A DNA stretch of 64,000 bases from Octopus sinensis. Taxonomy: Eukaryota. The notes under the pieces were generated by a model. That model did not search any database. It was not told the DNA's origin and saw nothing but the letters and a program-made list of their open reading frames with translations. Position 1 is the stretch's first letter. Every line of letters begins with the position of its first letter. The position numbers and the translations under genes are program-made. Positions 1-11,096 of the stretch are shown here, piece by piece. Location of the stretch: positions 12,896,001 through 12,960,000 of the forward strand of contig NC_043021.1 of the NCBI RefSeq assembly GCF_006345805.1. Reading direction: 5' to 3'.

Positions 1-50
1 CCAATTCTCTTGCAAGACAACGCTCAACCACATGTTGTACAAAGAACGTT
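1..50 (+). mobile_element. Mariner transposase fragment
   Basis: Frame 1 reads PILLQDNAQPHVVQRT, the mariner second-aspartate motif (LHDNARPH-like). Confidence 0.6.
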
Positions 51-51
51 T

Positions 52-545
52 ATCGTTTTGTGGAAACTGGGTTCTTGAGGTGGTCATTAAGCTTTGCAGT
101 AATTTTGGGAGCTGTACTTTTGTAATCCTTTCTAACAATTCACTTAAGAGTCCGACGGTCCCTGTCTGAAACTTTTGGTTTTCTTCTGGAGTTTTGCTTT
201 GACGAGGAGGTTTTTCCCTCTTTCCCAAATGCTGTCATTACTTCCAAGACAGTACTTCTTGATGCACCAAACATTTCAGCTGTTTTCATTACGCTAGCGC
301 CTGCCATACAAGCACCAACAATTCGACCTCTTGAAAGACTGCTAGATCTGTCATTTTAATGAATTTTTATTACCTTATTCTAATGATATCTGAAAAGATA
401 CAGCAATTTCAGCAAAACATATTAAGCAACACTAATAATAAATAAAAAAAGCATGAAAGTAAACAAGCTCTTGATGGTTTTATAGATATTTCAAAATTAT
501 CATGCTATGATGCTAGGTGTTTCCATTATTTGGTCCAACCCCTAT
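52..545 (-). mobile_element. Tc1-family transposon 5' end (TIR plus N-terminal transposase, frameshifted)
   Basis: TIR-like TAGGGGTTGGACCAAATAATGGAAACACC at about 516-545. ATG at 354 gives MTDL..RGRIVGACMAGASVMKTAEMFGASRSTV...KVSDRDRRTLK*IVRKD..TAPKITAKLN, the Tc1 paired/HTH region. Confidence 0.85.
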
Positions 546-1459
546 ATCATCTGAAGTGTAGAGTTTTACATATCCATTACAGCTAATCATGCCAATTGGT
601 TTTGTGCTAGGGTTTCAACAGTGTTACATAACAATCCAATTATATAACCTATAGACTCTTAGACAACTTACACACACACACACATATATATATATACATA
701 TATGTATGTATGTATATTGTTTTAAAGTTAGAGAATTTTCTTAAAAAGTTATCTTCATAAGGTATTTCGTTTTCTTTTTCATACTTTATCTAAAAGTTTA
801 AAGCCCAATCTGAATAAATTTTCCCATCTTCTGGTTCCTGTATGACAAACAGGAACATGAATGCGAACCAGGACATTTCTGCAAGAGAACCGTTCATATT
901 AAAACGTTGTTTAGCCATCGGTCAGGTCACATCAAACGCAGTCCAGCCGTTAATCGGATCTAGGTTTTTTTCTCCCCTCTAAATGACACAGTGTGATTAG
1001 AGAGAGTGAGAGAGAGAGAGAGAGAGAGAGAAAGATTTGGCAGAGCTTTTTTACTCGTAAAGTCGTATGACATTGCAAAAAGCTCAGGAATGAATAGACA
1101 TGCACATGCGATCGTCGTTCCCGCGTATATTAAACGTTTGCTTGTGCGTGCGTATGTGTACGTGTGTATGCGTATGTGTGCGTGCTTGTGTATGTGTGTG
1201 TCTGTCTCTTTGCGCGCGCGCATACCCCTTTCTTTTCTTCGAAGGAGGGAGGGTCCTTCCACGAAAAGGCAGAGCACACTTCGCTTCACGACACACTAAC
1301 TTATATTCAAATTTTGCAACTATTTTATTGATTTTTTAATTAATTTTTTTTATGCCGATGCCGTCCATATTTAGTTTCCACAGATCCCACATATATGTGT
1401 GTGTGTATGTCTCTCCCCCCCCACTCTCTGTTTTGCTTTCACAACGTCTGTTTCATTTA

Positions 1460-1490
<31 letters not shown>

Positions 1491-4400
1491 CATCATTATT
1501 TCAAAGTTTATATTCTTTGAATTTTTTTCTTTCTTCGGTGCCACAGATTTGGGGATTCAGAAGACGGGACTAAGCATCCATCTATTAGAAAAGTCAACAA
1601 CAACAACAACAACAACGAAGATGACAGTGGACAAAACAACTGACCCAATTACAACTGCCGTCTTGTACCGTCTCAGAAACACTACACCACTGTGTGGTTG
1701 TGTTTGTGCCACTCTGTCTGTGTGTTTACGTGTTACCATTTGTGTGTGTGTGTGTGAGTTTATTCTTTCGGTTTCCTTCTCTCTAAGTCTATCGATCTTT
1801 CGTTCTTTTGTTTTAAGTTTCTATCTAATTCTATCAGTCTCTTTCACTAATTTTCTTTCTCTCCCTCTCTCTCTCTGTACACACACACACACACGTCTAA
1901 CTCTTCATATCTCTAACACATACACACACACACTCTCCCTCTCTTTCTACATACTCATATATATATGCCTCTAAGTCTCCGTCTCTTTCTTACACTCTCT
2001 CTTTATATATGTGTCTCTCACTCCCGTCTCTCTCTCTATTTGTCTGCCTCTCTTTTACATACACGTGCGTGCGCAAGTGTGCGTGTGTATATTTTACTTG
2101 CCGTTGTGTGTTTGGACGTTGTTTAACCCCAAGTCAGCTCTGATCGAGCATTTCAGCAATGATCATACGTTGCTGTGGCATTATTTAACTCCATGGCCAC
2201 AATTAGTGAATGCACCTACAATCATTGACGTTCCCGCTATGACCATCCCGTCCGCTAATCAGTGTATTTAAGACTACCTTATTGTTCCAACGTGTCCTTT
2301 ATCTTTTGTAAAGACAGAAGGGTGTAATTTAAGAGAGATTTGACTGCTATTTCTCGCAGGCCTGACCACGTCTTTTCCCCAGGTACAGCGCGTCCACGAT
2401 TACATAATCCAAAGCAGAAGATTCTGATTTGAGTGATTTGGCTGCTATTTCTAGTAATTAGAGGAACTGGCTAGATGCTCGATTGAGTAGACTTTTGATC
2501 AAAGTTGTTCCAATCATCACACGTTTTTTTTTTTTTTTTCCGGCGAAGTATACCCCGGAATACATTATCCAATGTGTTCCTTCTCTCAGTTCAATAGGAT
2601 GTAATTTGTGCAATATTTGGCTGCTATTTCTTGCAGTGCTCCATCGTAGAAATACGCATGTATAAATTTGTATGTGTGTGTATGTGTTCGCATTTTCCCT
2701 CTTTTCTCCTTTTCCTTCTCTCTCTCTCTTTGTCTTTTACCCTCTCTCTTTCTCTATTTCTCTGGCTGTGACTTTTACTCTCTCTCTCTCTCTCTGTCTG
2801 TCTGGTACCCTTTCTCTCTCGTTCACGCACACGTTTATAAACATGTGTCTTACAAACGAAGCTGGTGCCTGCCTATGCAAGATGTTGTTTAGCCCCAGGT
2901 CAGTCCTGGTCGTGTGGAGACCTGTGATCCAAGACGTTCCAGCTGTGATCATCTCGTCTGTTCCTTTCTTGCAGACACAACTCCAATCACCTAATACGTC
3001 CTTCCTTTTTACGAAGATGGATAGGTGTGCTATGCAGGAATTTGGCTATGATTTCTAACAACAGCCCCAAAGACCACTTTGAAGATCTGTCGATGGCTCA
3101 CCTATTTCTGTATAGACACACACACCTGTATATAGGAGAATAGTTGTTTTCTATGTATATAGATATACACACATATATATACGTGTGTGTGTGTGTGTAT
3201 GTAAGCCGTCTTATATTCACACACACATATATAGTGTATGTTATATATTATACACATACATTTGTGGGCAAAAGTAAAGAATACGTACACCGGGGGGGGG
3301 GTGTTTAGGATTTAGGATTAGGGTTAGGGCTTTTGTTACGCCGAAAACGGGTGGTGTACTATCTATATATCTATCTGGTGTGTTTACGTCCCCGTAACTT
3401 CGCGGTTCAGCAAAAGCGAACCGATAGAATAGGTACCAGGCTTTCCAAGAATAAGTCCTGGCGTCGATTTCTGCGACTGAAACCCTTTAAGGCGGTGCTC
3501 CAGCATGACCGCAGTCAAATGACTGAAACAAGAAAAAAACATATACACACACATACATACATGTATACATAAATACATGTGCTATATATGTGTGTGTATA
3601 TATATATATATACATACATATATACACATAGATATACATACATACATATATATATATACATATTCATATAGACATACTCACACACACATATATATTCATA
3701 TACATGCATACACATATTCGGCCATGCTTTGCATGTAACTGACGTGTGTGTGTGTATGTGTTTCCGCATGTAGTTATGATGTGTATGTATACGTATATGA
3801 ACGTACATATGTCTATACATTATGCCTGTGTTACCTTTGCATAAATCAGCAAATGTGCGTTGCTATATCTATTAAACTAAACCAATCTGCAGCTCATAAG
3901 CAGCTTGAATATCCCCTTCCTCTAGGAAAGTGGGAAGCGTTTTGGATATACAAAATGCGTGAGAGATAAATGTCTCCTCTTATACGTAATAGATCCGCTC
4001 CAAGCATTATTGCACACACAAAGAGTATATACATATCAATATGTATATATTTACAATGGCCCGTGACTAACAAGGTCACACATACGTTCATTGGGCACAC
4101 ACACACACACATACAAATATATATACATAGATACACATCAGTTCCAGACGATTTTAATGTATGTTGTATATTCATTCGTTCGGGAAACGTGGGAATACGC
4201 ACACACGAATAATATTTGCACGCTGAATGTGCGTATCTACACATTCAGTGTAAGTGTGTGTGTGTGTATGTATATATATATATATATATATTTATATATT
4301 CGAAAAGTCGTGGTGATGAGTATATAAACAAAAAATACATATAGAAAGATGTGTACACATATATGTATCTATATAAGTGAATTGTTCTATATAAGTTCAA

Positions 4401-4557
4401 TTTGAAAACTCCCCAAGAGTGGACGAAAGCGCAAATATACGATATATGATTTATAAAAAAAACATGTAACATACTAATAAATATCTATAAATATAAAACC
4501 ATCCAAATTTCTGAGTACCTAATTTCTTCTAATATACAAGTGAATATATACGCGCGC

Positions 4558-4591
<34 letters not shown>

Positions 4592-5669
4592 AAACACACG
4601 AGCCATGAGCCCACAAATTCCTTTTCTGGGACTAGCTCAAGGCCATTCTCCTCCACTGTGCTCCATTGACCTAAATACCTGGGAGACAATCGCCAAGGGC
4701 TGCACAAAGTGGCATGGCATGCTATTGTCAATGGAATGGATTGGAGGGAAACAATAACAGACGTCAAGAGGCAGAGATCAGATGTTGAAGATACAAAGAG
4801 CGACTCGGACTCGCAGTTCTTTGTACCTCTCCAACCCTCCCCTGAGATAAATGAACCCCTCCCCGGCTGTTCTATACTGCCTTTGGTCTGCGCAGCCACC
4901 TCAAACGTTAGCATACTTTGCACCCAGAACAATGAAGAGACTCAATCACTCAGTACAGATTGGATATGAGTTAACGCTGTCACCAATCGTGTATTCTTTT
5001 ATTGTTTTCTTTGATTCAGTCGTGATTGCAGCCATGCTGGAGCCCCACCTTTTGGTCAAACAACTCAGCCCCAGGACTTATTTTTTTAAGCCCGCTACTT
5101 ATTCGATCAGTCTCTTTTGCCAAACAGCTAAGTTAGAGGGACATAAATACACCGACACCAGTTATCAAGCAGTGATGGGCGGACAAACACAGACACAAAG
5201 TCACACACAGATATATACATATATATAGACAGGCTTCTCTCAGTTTCCATCTCTCAAATTAACACACAGCTTTGATCGGCCCAAGGCTATAGTGGAAGAG
5301 ACACTTGTCTAAGATGTCATGCAGTGGGACTGAACCCAGAACCATGTGGTTGAGAAGCAAACTTCCTACCACACAGCCACGCCTTGTTATTTAAACCTTG
5401 GGTATACACCTTGTATCAATTTTAGATCTCTGTTTTTCTTTACAAAATGAAATCTGTAAGTCTTCATCCCCTGTGGTTTCAGTAACAATGAATAGCAGTA
5501 TTTCACACTTTTTAGTAATCATAAATGCAGTGTAACTTTAGATCTGTTCAATTTGCTTGATTCAACTTACTACAAAGTTACAAACTAAGAGGAAAGATAT
5601 TATTAAAACCAGTTGTAGTGAAATCTCTTCTTTGTTGTTTGAACTAGATTTGTAATTCCATTAATTCCT

Positions 5670-5900
5670 TAACCCTTTCATTACCGTATTTATTTTGAGA
5701 TGCTTTACGTTTCTTTCACTTAATTTTAAATATAACAGAGAATTTAGTAAAATAACTGAGTTATCATTAATCTAGTGTTAGGAACATAAATTGTGACTAA
5801 GGCTTGGTAGACGATTTTAATTCAAAACTTATGAAAACAAGACATTTGTACTACAGAGCCAGAAGCGGTTTCAGCTGGGTTGGTATCAAAAGGGGTGAAG
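5670..5900. mobile_element. TTAA-flanked MITE family 1, piggyBac-type (other copies about 15330, 15570, 30060, 30860, and 46675+47065 split)
   Basis: Copies start TTAACCCTTT and end AAAGGGTTAA; about 230 bp; no ORF. Confidence 0.7.
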
Positions 5901-5999
5901 GTTTACAAAGGTGAAGGTCACAATATTTCTAGCCTCAATTTCTTCTTCAAATAACACTTTTTCTGCAATTTGTATAAGGCTGTTTCTTACCAAGACAAA

Positions 6000-6440
6000 C
6001 GATCTTCAGACTCTGATCCTCACTGAGAAGATGACAAAGGACTGAGGCTGCTGGCGACTTGCTGCACTTGAGAAGACACATCAAGCTAAGTAAAATTGTG
6101 GCCATCCATACATATCAGTATATCCTTTATGGCCATGCCCCGCCCCACTTCCCTTCCCATCCAAGAGGTCATCTTGTGGGTGCCAATGTTACATAAAATG
6201 CACTCATGCTGGTGCCACATAAAATTGTGCTCATACAAGTGCTGGTAACACATAAAAAGCACCCAGCGGACTCTGTAAAGTGGTTGGCATTAGGTTAGGA
6301 AGGGCATCCAACAATAGAAACTGGGCCAAAACAGAAAATTGGAGCATAGATAGGTCTCCAGCTGGCCACCTCCTGTCAAACCATCCAACCCATGCCAGCA
6401 TGGAAAACAGACGTTAAATGATGATCATGATGATGGTGGT
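6000..6440 (+). mobile_element. RTE LINE 3' end fragment
   Basis: MTKD*GCWRLAALEKTHQAK* followed by the 3' tail ending GCATGGAAAACAGACGTTAAATGATGATCATGATGATG. Confidence 0.6.
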
Positions 6441-7759
6441 TGTCATTGTCATTATCTTCTGGTTTTCATTATATTTAGACACATGGCAGAAGCATTAGCA
6501 TGCCAGACAAAATGCTTCTCCCTATCTGAACCTTGGGCTAATGTTTTCTACTATAGCCTGAGGCTAACATTGGCCTTGTGAGAGGAATTGGTGGACGAAA
6601 ACTGAAAGAATCCCACCAATTCACCCTGTTCAATACTCTATAGCACACCTCTTACATTCACCTTCTTATAACTTGGTGGTATACCCTGATACATCTCTAC
6701 CATCTCTCTTTTCTAACTGGGGTAGTCATGTATCTCTTCTATACAGCAAGACATTTGTTCCTATCCTGCTATCGAGGTCTTGTCTTGTCAGACAGGTGAC
6801 CTCATGAGTACCAATGCCACATAAAAAGCACCAAGTGTATTCTGTAAAGTGGTTGGCATTAGAAAAGACAACCAGCCAAAGCAGACATTGGGAGCTCAGC
6901 ACAATCCTCTGGTCAGCCAGCTACTGTTGAACGACCTGATCCATGCTGGTATGGAAAAACAGATGTTAAATGGTGGTGTATATAAATATAAACACATGCA
7001 ATATCATCATCATCATCGTTTAACATCTGCTTTCCATGCTAGCAAGGGTTGGACGATTTGACTGAAGACTGGCGAACCAGATGGCTGCACCAGGCTCCAA
7101 TCTTGATCTGGCAGAGTTTCTACAGCTGGATGCCCTTCCTAATGCTAACCACTCCGAGAGTGTAGTGGGTGCTTTTACATGCCACCAGCACGAGGGCCAG
7201 TCAGGCGGTACTGGCAACGGCCACAAAAAATTGTGTTTTTTTTTACGTGTCACCTGCACATGCAATATTATTGTCGTCATTGCTTTACATGCACTTTCCA
7301 TGCTGGCATGAATTAGATGCCATCATGAAATTGGACTAACCAAGGTGGGATGGGAGATGTTGTCTTGCTTTCATTTCAGCTTGGTTTGGTCTGGTTTGGA
7401 TTTTATGGCTGCATACCATTCCTAAAATCAACCATTTTCATAGGATGTACTGGGTTTGCTTTTCATGATACCAACACCAGGTAACCATAACTAAAGGTGT
7501 GTGTGTGTGTTGCTGTCTCTTTGTTCATTCACAAGAGTTGTGAATGAATGTCATCATCATGCAAGCGGGGTCCTTTGCTCCCAATCTTCTGTGAAATCAT
7601 GTCTGATTATCAAGAAATATCACCTTACTGGGAAAACAGGTGGAGGCTGGCAACAGAAAGGGCCTATGGCTTGAGAAAATCTACCTTGACAAATTCTGTC
7701 TAACTACCAAGATAAGTAGGGTAAAAGTAGATGTTAATAATGATAATGACATAAGCACA

Positions 7760-8520
7760 TATACATGCACACACTCATACACACACACATGATCATTTAA
7801 TGATCATTTTCCATGCTGGCATGGGTTAGATAGCTTGACTGAAGCTGGTAAGCTGGAGAGCTGCTCCAGGCCCCAGCTATCTGTTTTGGCTTGGTCTCTA
7901 TGCTGGAAGGCCTTCCTAATGTGAACCACTCTACAGAGTGTATCGGGTGTCATTTACATGTTGCTGGCATGGGTGCCTTTTATGTGTCACTGGCACTGGC
8001 CGCAACCATGAGGGGTCTTCTCAAGCACAGCAATTTGCCAGAAGTGTCAGTCACTTGTCATCACCTTGGTGAGACTCAATATCCGAAGATCACATTTCAT
8101 CAAACTCATCCCATATCTTTCAAAGGGTCTTTCCACAATTAGAGATCAGCACTTCTTTATGCAGCTGTCCTCATCCATATGCATCACAGGAACATACCAG
8201 TGTAGTCTTCTCTCTAACACACTACATCTGATGTCTCTTATATCCAATTTTTCTCTTAAGGCACTTACACTCTGTCATACATACTGACATTGTACATCCA
8301 GCGGAGCATGCTAACTTCATTTCTTTCAAGCCTTTACATGTCCTCTGCAGTTACAGTCCATGTTTGACTGCTGTGTAGCATGGCTGTTCGCACACAGGCA
8401 TAATACAATCTGCCTTCCACTCCCAAGGAGAGGCTCCTTGTTACCAACAAAAGCAGATGCTCTGAACTTCGCCAAACCCGTTCTTGTTCTAGCAGTTATG
8501 CTCTCAGAAGGATCCTCCAA
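7760..8520 (-). mobile_element. RTE LINE 3' fragment (decayed)
   Basis: SESITARTRTGLAKFR..., MLRWMYNVS...ALREKLDIRDIRCSVLERRLHWY...MDEDSCIKKC, then the shared 3' tail. Confidence 0.75.
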
Positions 8521-8699
8521 ACAGACATCTCAAAAGTAATTAGACCCCCCCCCCCTTTATACTGGTTTATCTATGCAGCCACTACCAGATACTTCAAACA
8601 TTTTAATGTGTTATCGTTTTTCAGTTCACATGACAGTGTTTCAATTGTTTATAGCATATAGCCATGTTGTAAACATCAGAAACAAAAGAAGAGTTGTCT

Positions 8700-9070
8700 G
8701 ATTTTCAAGGAGGGTGTATTGTGGCTCAATTTGAGGTTGGGGGACTTTGCCAGCATAAAATTGCACAAAACTTTGGGATTCCTCTCGTCACAGTCAAAAG
8801 AGTGATTGTACAAATCACCAGTAAAGGCAAGAAGTCAACAATCTCCTGCACAGGTTGACCTGGGGGGGCCTTCTGTCTATTGTCTTTGGGGTCTTCTGAC
8901 TGGTGTCTTCGGGGCTGTTGAGTGGATTGTTGAAAATAATCCTCACTGTAAGGCAGTTTGGTGTTGCAGAACAACTCCAAATGTGTTGGAGTATCTCTGT
9001 GAGGTTTTCTCCACCAAGTTGGCTGCTACGGTAGAGAAGCAAGAAAGGAACCTCTTCTTCGACCAGCAAA
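8700..9070 (-). mobile_element. Possible highly decayed mariner transposase relic
   Basis: ELFCNTKLPYSEDYFQQ...ILCWQSPP weakly resembles mariner ELL..N.TINS..YCQQL...LGWEVLPHPP; eyeball similarity only. Confidence 0.3.
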
Positions 9071-10112
9071 TAACCAAAGAAGAAAGGAAGAATAAATATT
9101 TCAAAAACGATGGTGTCTATTTAGTTTTGAGGTGTCAGTATTTATATATATATATATACACATACTCTGCCATGTCTTCAAAGATAATACAAAAGAACAA
9201 AGCACGAAACCAATATTTCCAGAATTGTGAAAAAATATAAATTTTTTTTCAATAAATTCCATTTTTGACAAACAGTAAATATTACAATATTTGGTAGAAA
9301 GTCTTTGTCTCATGTCTCTTAGATAAATGTTTTAGTGCAGAATTATGGGTGAGCAGATAAGTGTGTGTGTGCGTGTGTAAGAGAAGGTGAGTGCTTGGAA
9401 GTACGTATATGTGTATATACATGGAAGAGAAGTGTATGTATGTATGTATGCTTATGTGTTTATATGCAATAACATGAGAATCTGCATGTATGCATGTGCA
9501 AGTATGTTTTGTATATGTATGCATGTATAGTGTGTGTATGCATGTGCCTGTGTATATGTATATGTTTTGTGTATGTATAGCTTTTGGGTGTTTGTATGCA
9601 TGTCTATTATATGAAACAGCCGTAACCCTCTGGCATTCAAATGACCCTGTCAAATGTTGTACTCTTTTATTCACATTGCTTTGTATTAATCACGTATTAT
9701 CTTGCAGCTTTGAAATTTAGATGGTGTAATTATTGATATTTTAGAATGACATTGTAGGGTAGATATGATGGGCCAGATCTAGCCAATTTGAACATATAAC
9801 AGGGAGAATATTGGGGCCACATATGGCTGGTTGAAATGCTAAGGGGTTAACCCCTTAGCATTTAAACCAGCCACATTCAGTCCAAATATTTTACCTGTTT
9901 TATGCTTAACCCCTCAGAATTTAGATTATTCTCTGAAATGCAAAACTTACTTATTAACATTGTTTTGAATTAATTACATATTATTTCGTAGCATTGAGAT
10001 TTCGATGATGTAATTTTTATTTTTTACAATGACATTGTAGGGTAGGTGGGATAGGCTGGATCTGACCAGTTTGGATATAAAACTGGTAGAATATTTTGGC
10101 TGAATATGGCTG

Positions 10113-10650
10113 TACATTATTTACATCTGACGGATATTTGTCCTCATCTTGTTTGTTGTTAACACAACGTCTCGGCTGATATACCCTCCAGCCTTCTTCA
10201 GGTGTCTTGGGGAAATTTCGAACCTGGGATCTCATTCCTAAGGTATTTTTGATGTTATTATTATTATTACTTTTATTATTGTTATTGTTCAGGTCACTGC
10301 TTGGAATCGAACTCGGAATCTTGGGGTTAGTAGCTCATGCTCTTAACCACTATGCCATACGCCCGTGGGCATATCGCATAGTGGTTAAGAGCATGGGTAC
10401 TAACCCCAAGATTCCAAGTTTGACTCCAAGCAGTGACCTGAACAATAACAATAATAATAATAATAATAACAACAACATCGAAAAATACCTTAGGAATGAG
10501 AACCCAGGTTCGAAATTTCCCCAAGACACCTGAAGAAGGCTAGAGGGTATATCAGCCGAAACGTTGTGTTAACAACAAGCAAGATGAGGACAAATATCCA
10601 TCGAATGTAAATAATGTACATAATTCCTCATCTCTTAAATATAGGACTAG
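10113..10650. mobile_element. Fold-back element (tRNA-like heads plus hammerhead motifs), most complete copy
   Basis: Inverted arms centred at GCCC-GT-GGGC (10361-10370); ATATGGCTG duplicated at 10104-10112 and 10651-10659. Confidence 0.85.
10525..10570 (+). ncRNA. Minimal type-I hammerhead ribozyme motif
   Basis: GACAC-CTGAAGA-A-GGCTA(10 nt)CAGCC-GAAAC-GTT-GTGTT. Confidence 0.65.
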
Positions 10651-10793
10651 ATATGGCTGGTCTAAATGCCTAAGTGTTAAAATTTGGAAACAGGTATTTT
10701 GTGTGTTGTATGTGTACAGATGTTTTTTGAGCCTAAATACGTAAGGGTGATTGTGGTTTAAAGAATGTTGATGTGTGTGATCTGGTCCTTTTA

Positions 10794-10842
<49 letters not shown>

Positions 10843-10973
10843 GAGATCAAAACATGGCTTAAAGATTATCCATTTGAAACATTTGTTGAAGAAATGCCTG
10901 ATAGGTGTAGGTGACAGCCTCTGTAGTTGGAATGGTGGTGGTGCCGTTGCTGCTGCTGCTTGTTGGGGTTCAA

Positions 10974-11096
10974 TCATCTGGGCATGTTGATACCAGGTAA
11001 GACATCTACCAGAGTATTGATGAGCATATATCGTGAGAACATGAGATAGGCAATGCGATACCAGGTGATTTGTGTCGAGTGTGCACACATGGCACG
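10974..11096 (-). CDS. PIGL: PIGL exon 7 (terminal)
   Basis: tttgcag|CGT; RAMCAHSTQITWYRIAYLMFSRYMLINTLVDVLPGINMPR, TGA at 10976-10974. Confidence 0.95.
   Translation of the reverse strand, partial: RAMCAHSTQITWYRIAYLMFSRYMLINTLVDVLPGINMPR

Noticed and set aside
1540-1690. Plus-strand segment [31 protein letters not shown] after an AG
   Set aside because: Ends in a stop, no partner exons, (AAC)n-driven composition
3291-3330. TTAGGG-like run (TTTAGGATTTAGGATTAGGGTTAGGG) after a G tract
   Set aside because: Only two perfect units; too short to call an interstitial telomere
7081-7311. Recurrent [35 protein letters not shown] (also 11190, 13836 and others)
   Set aside because: Antisense reading of repeat family B, not a gene family
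10017-10533. Recurrent ORFs MGKFRTW.../[16 protein letters not shown]...
   Set aside because: Translations of the fold-back element arms
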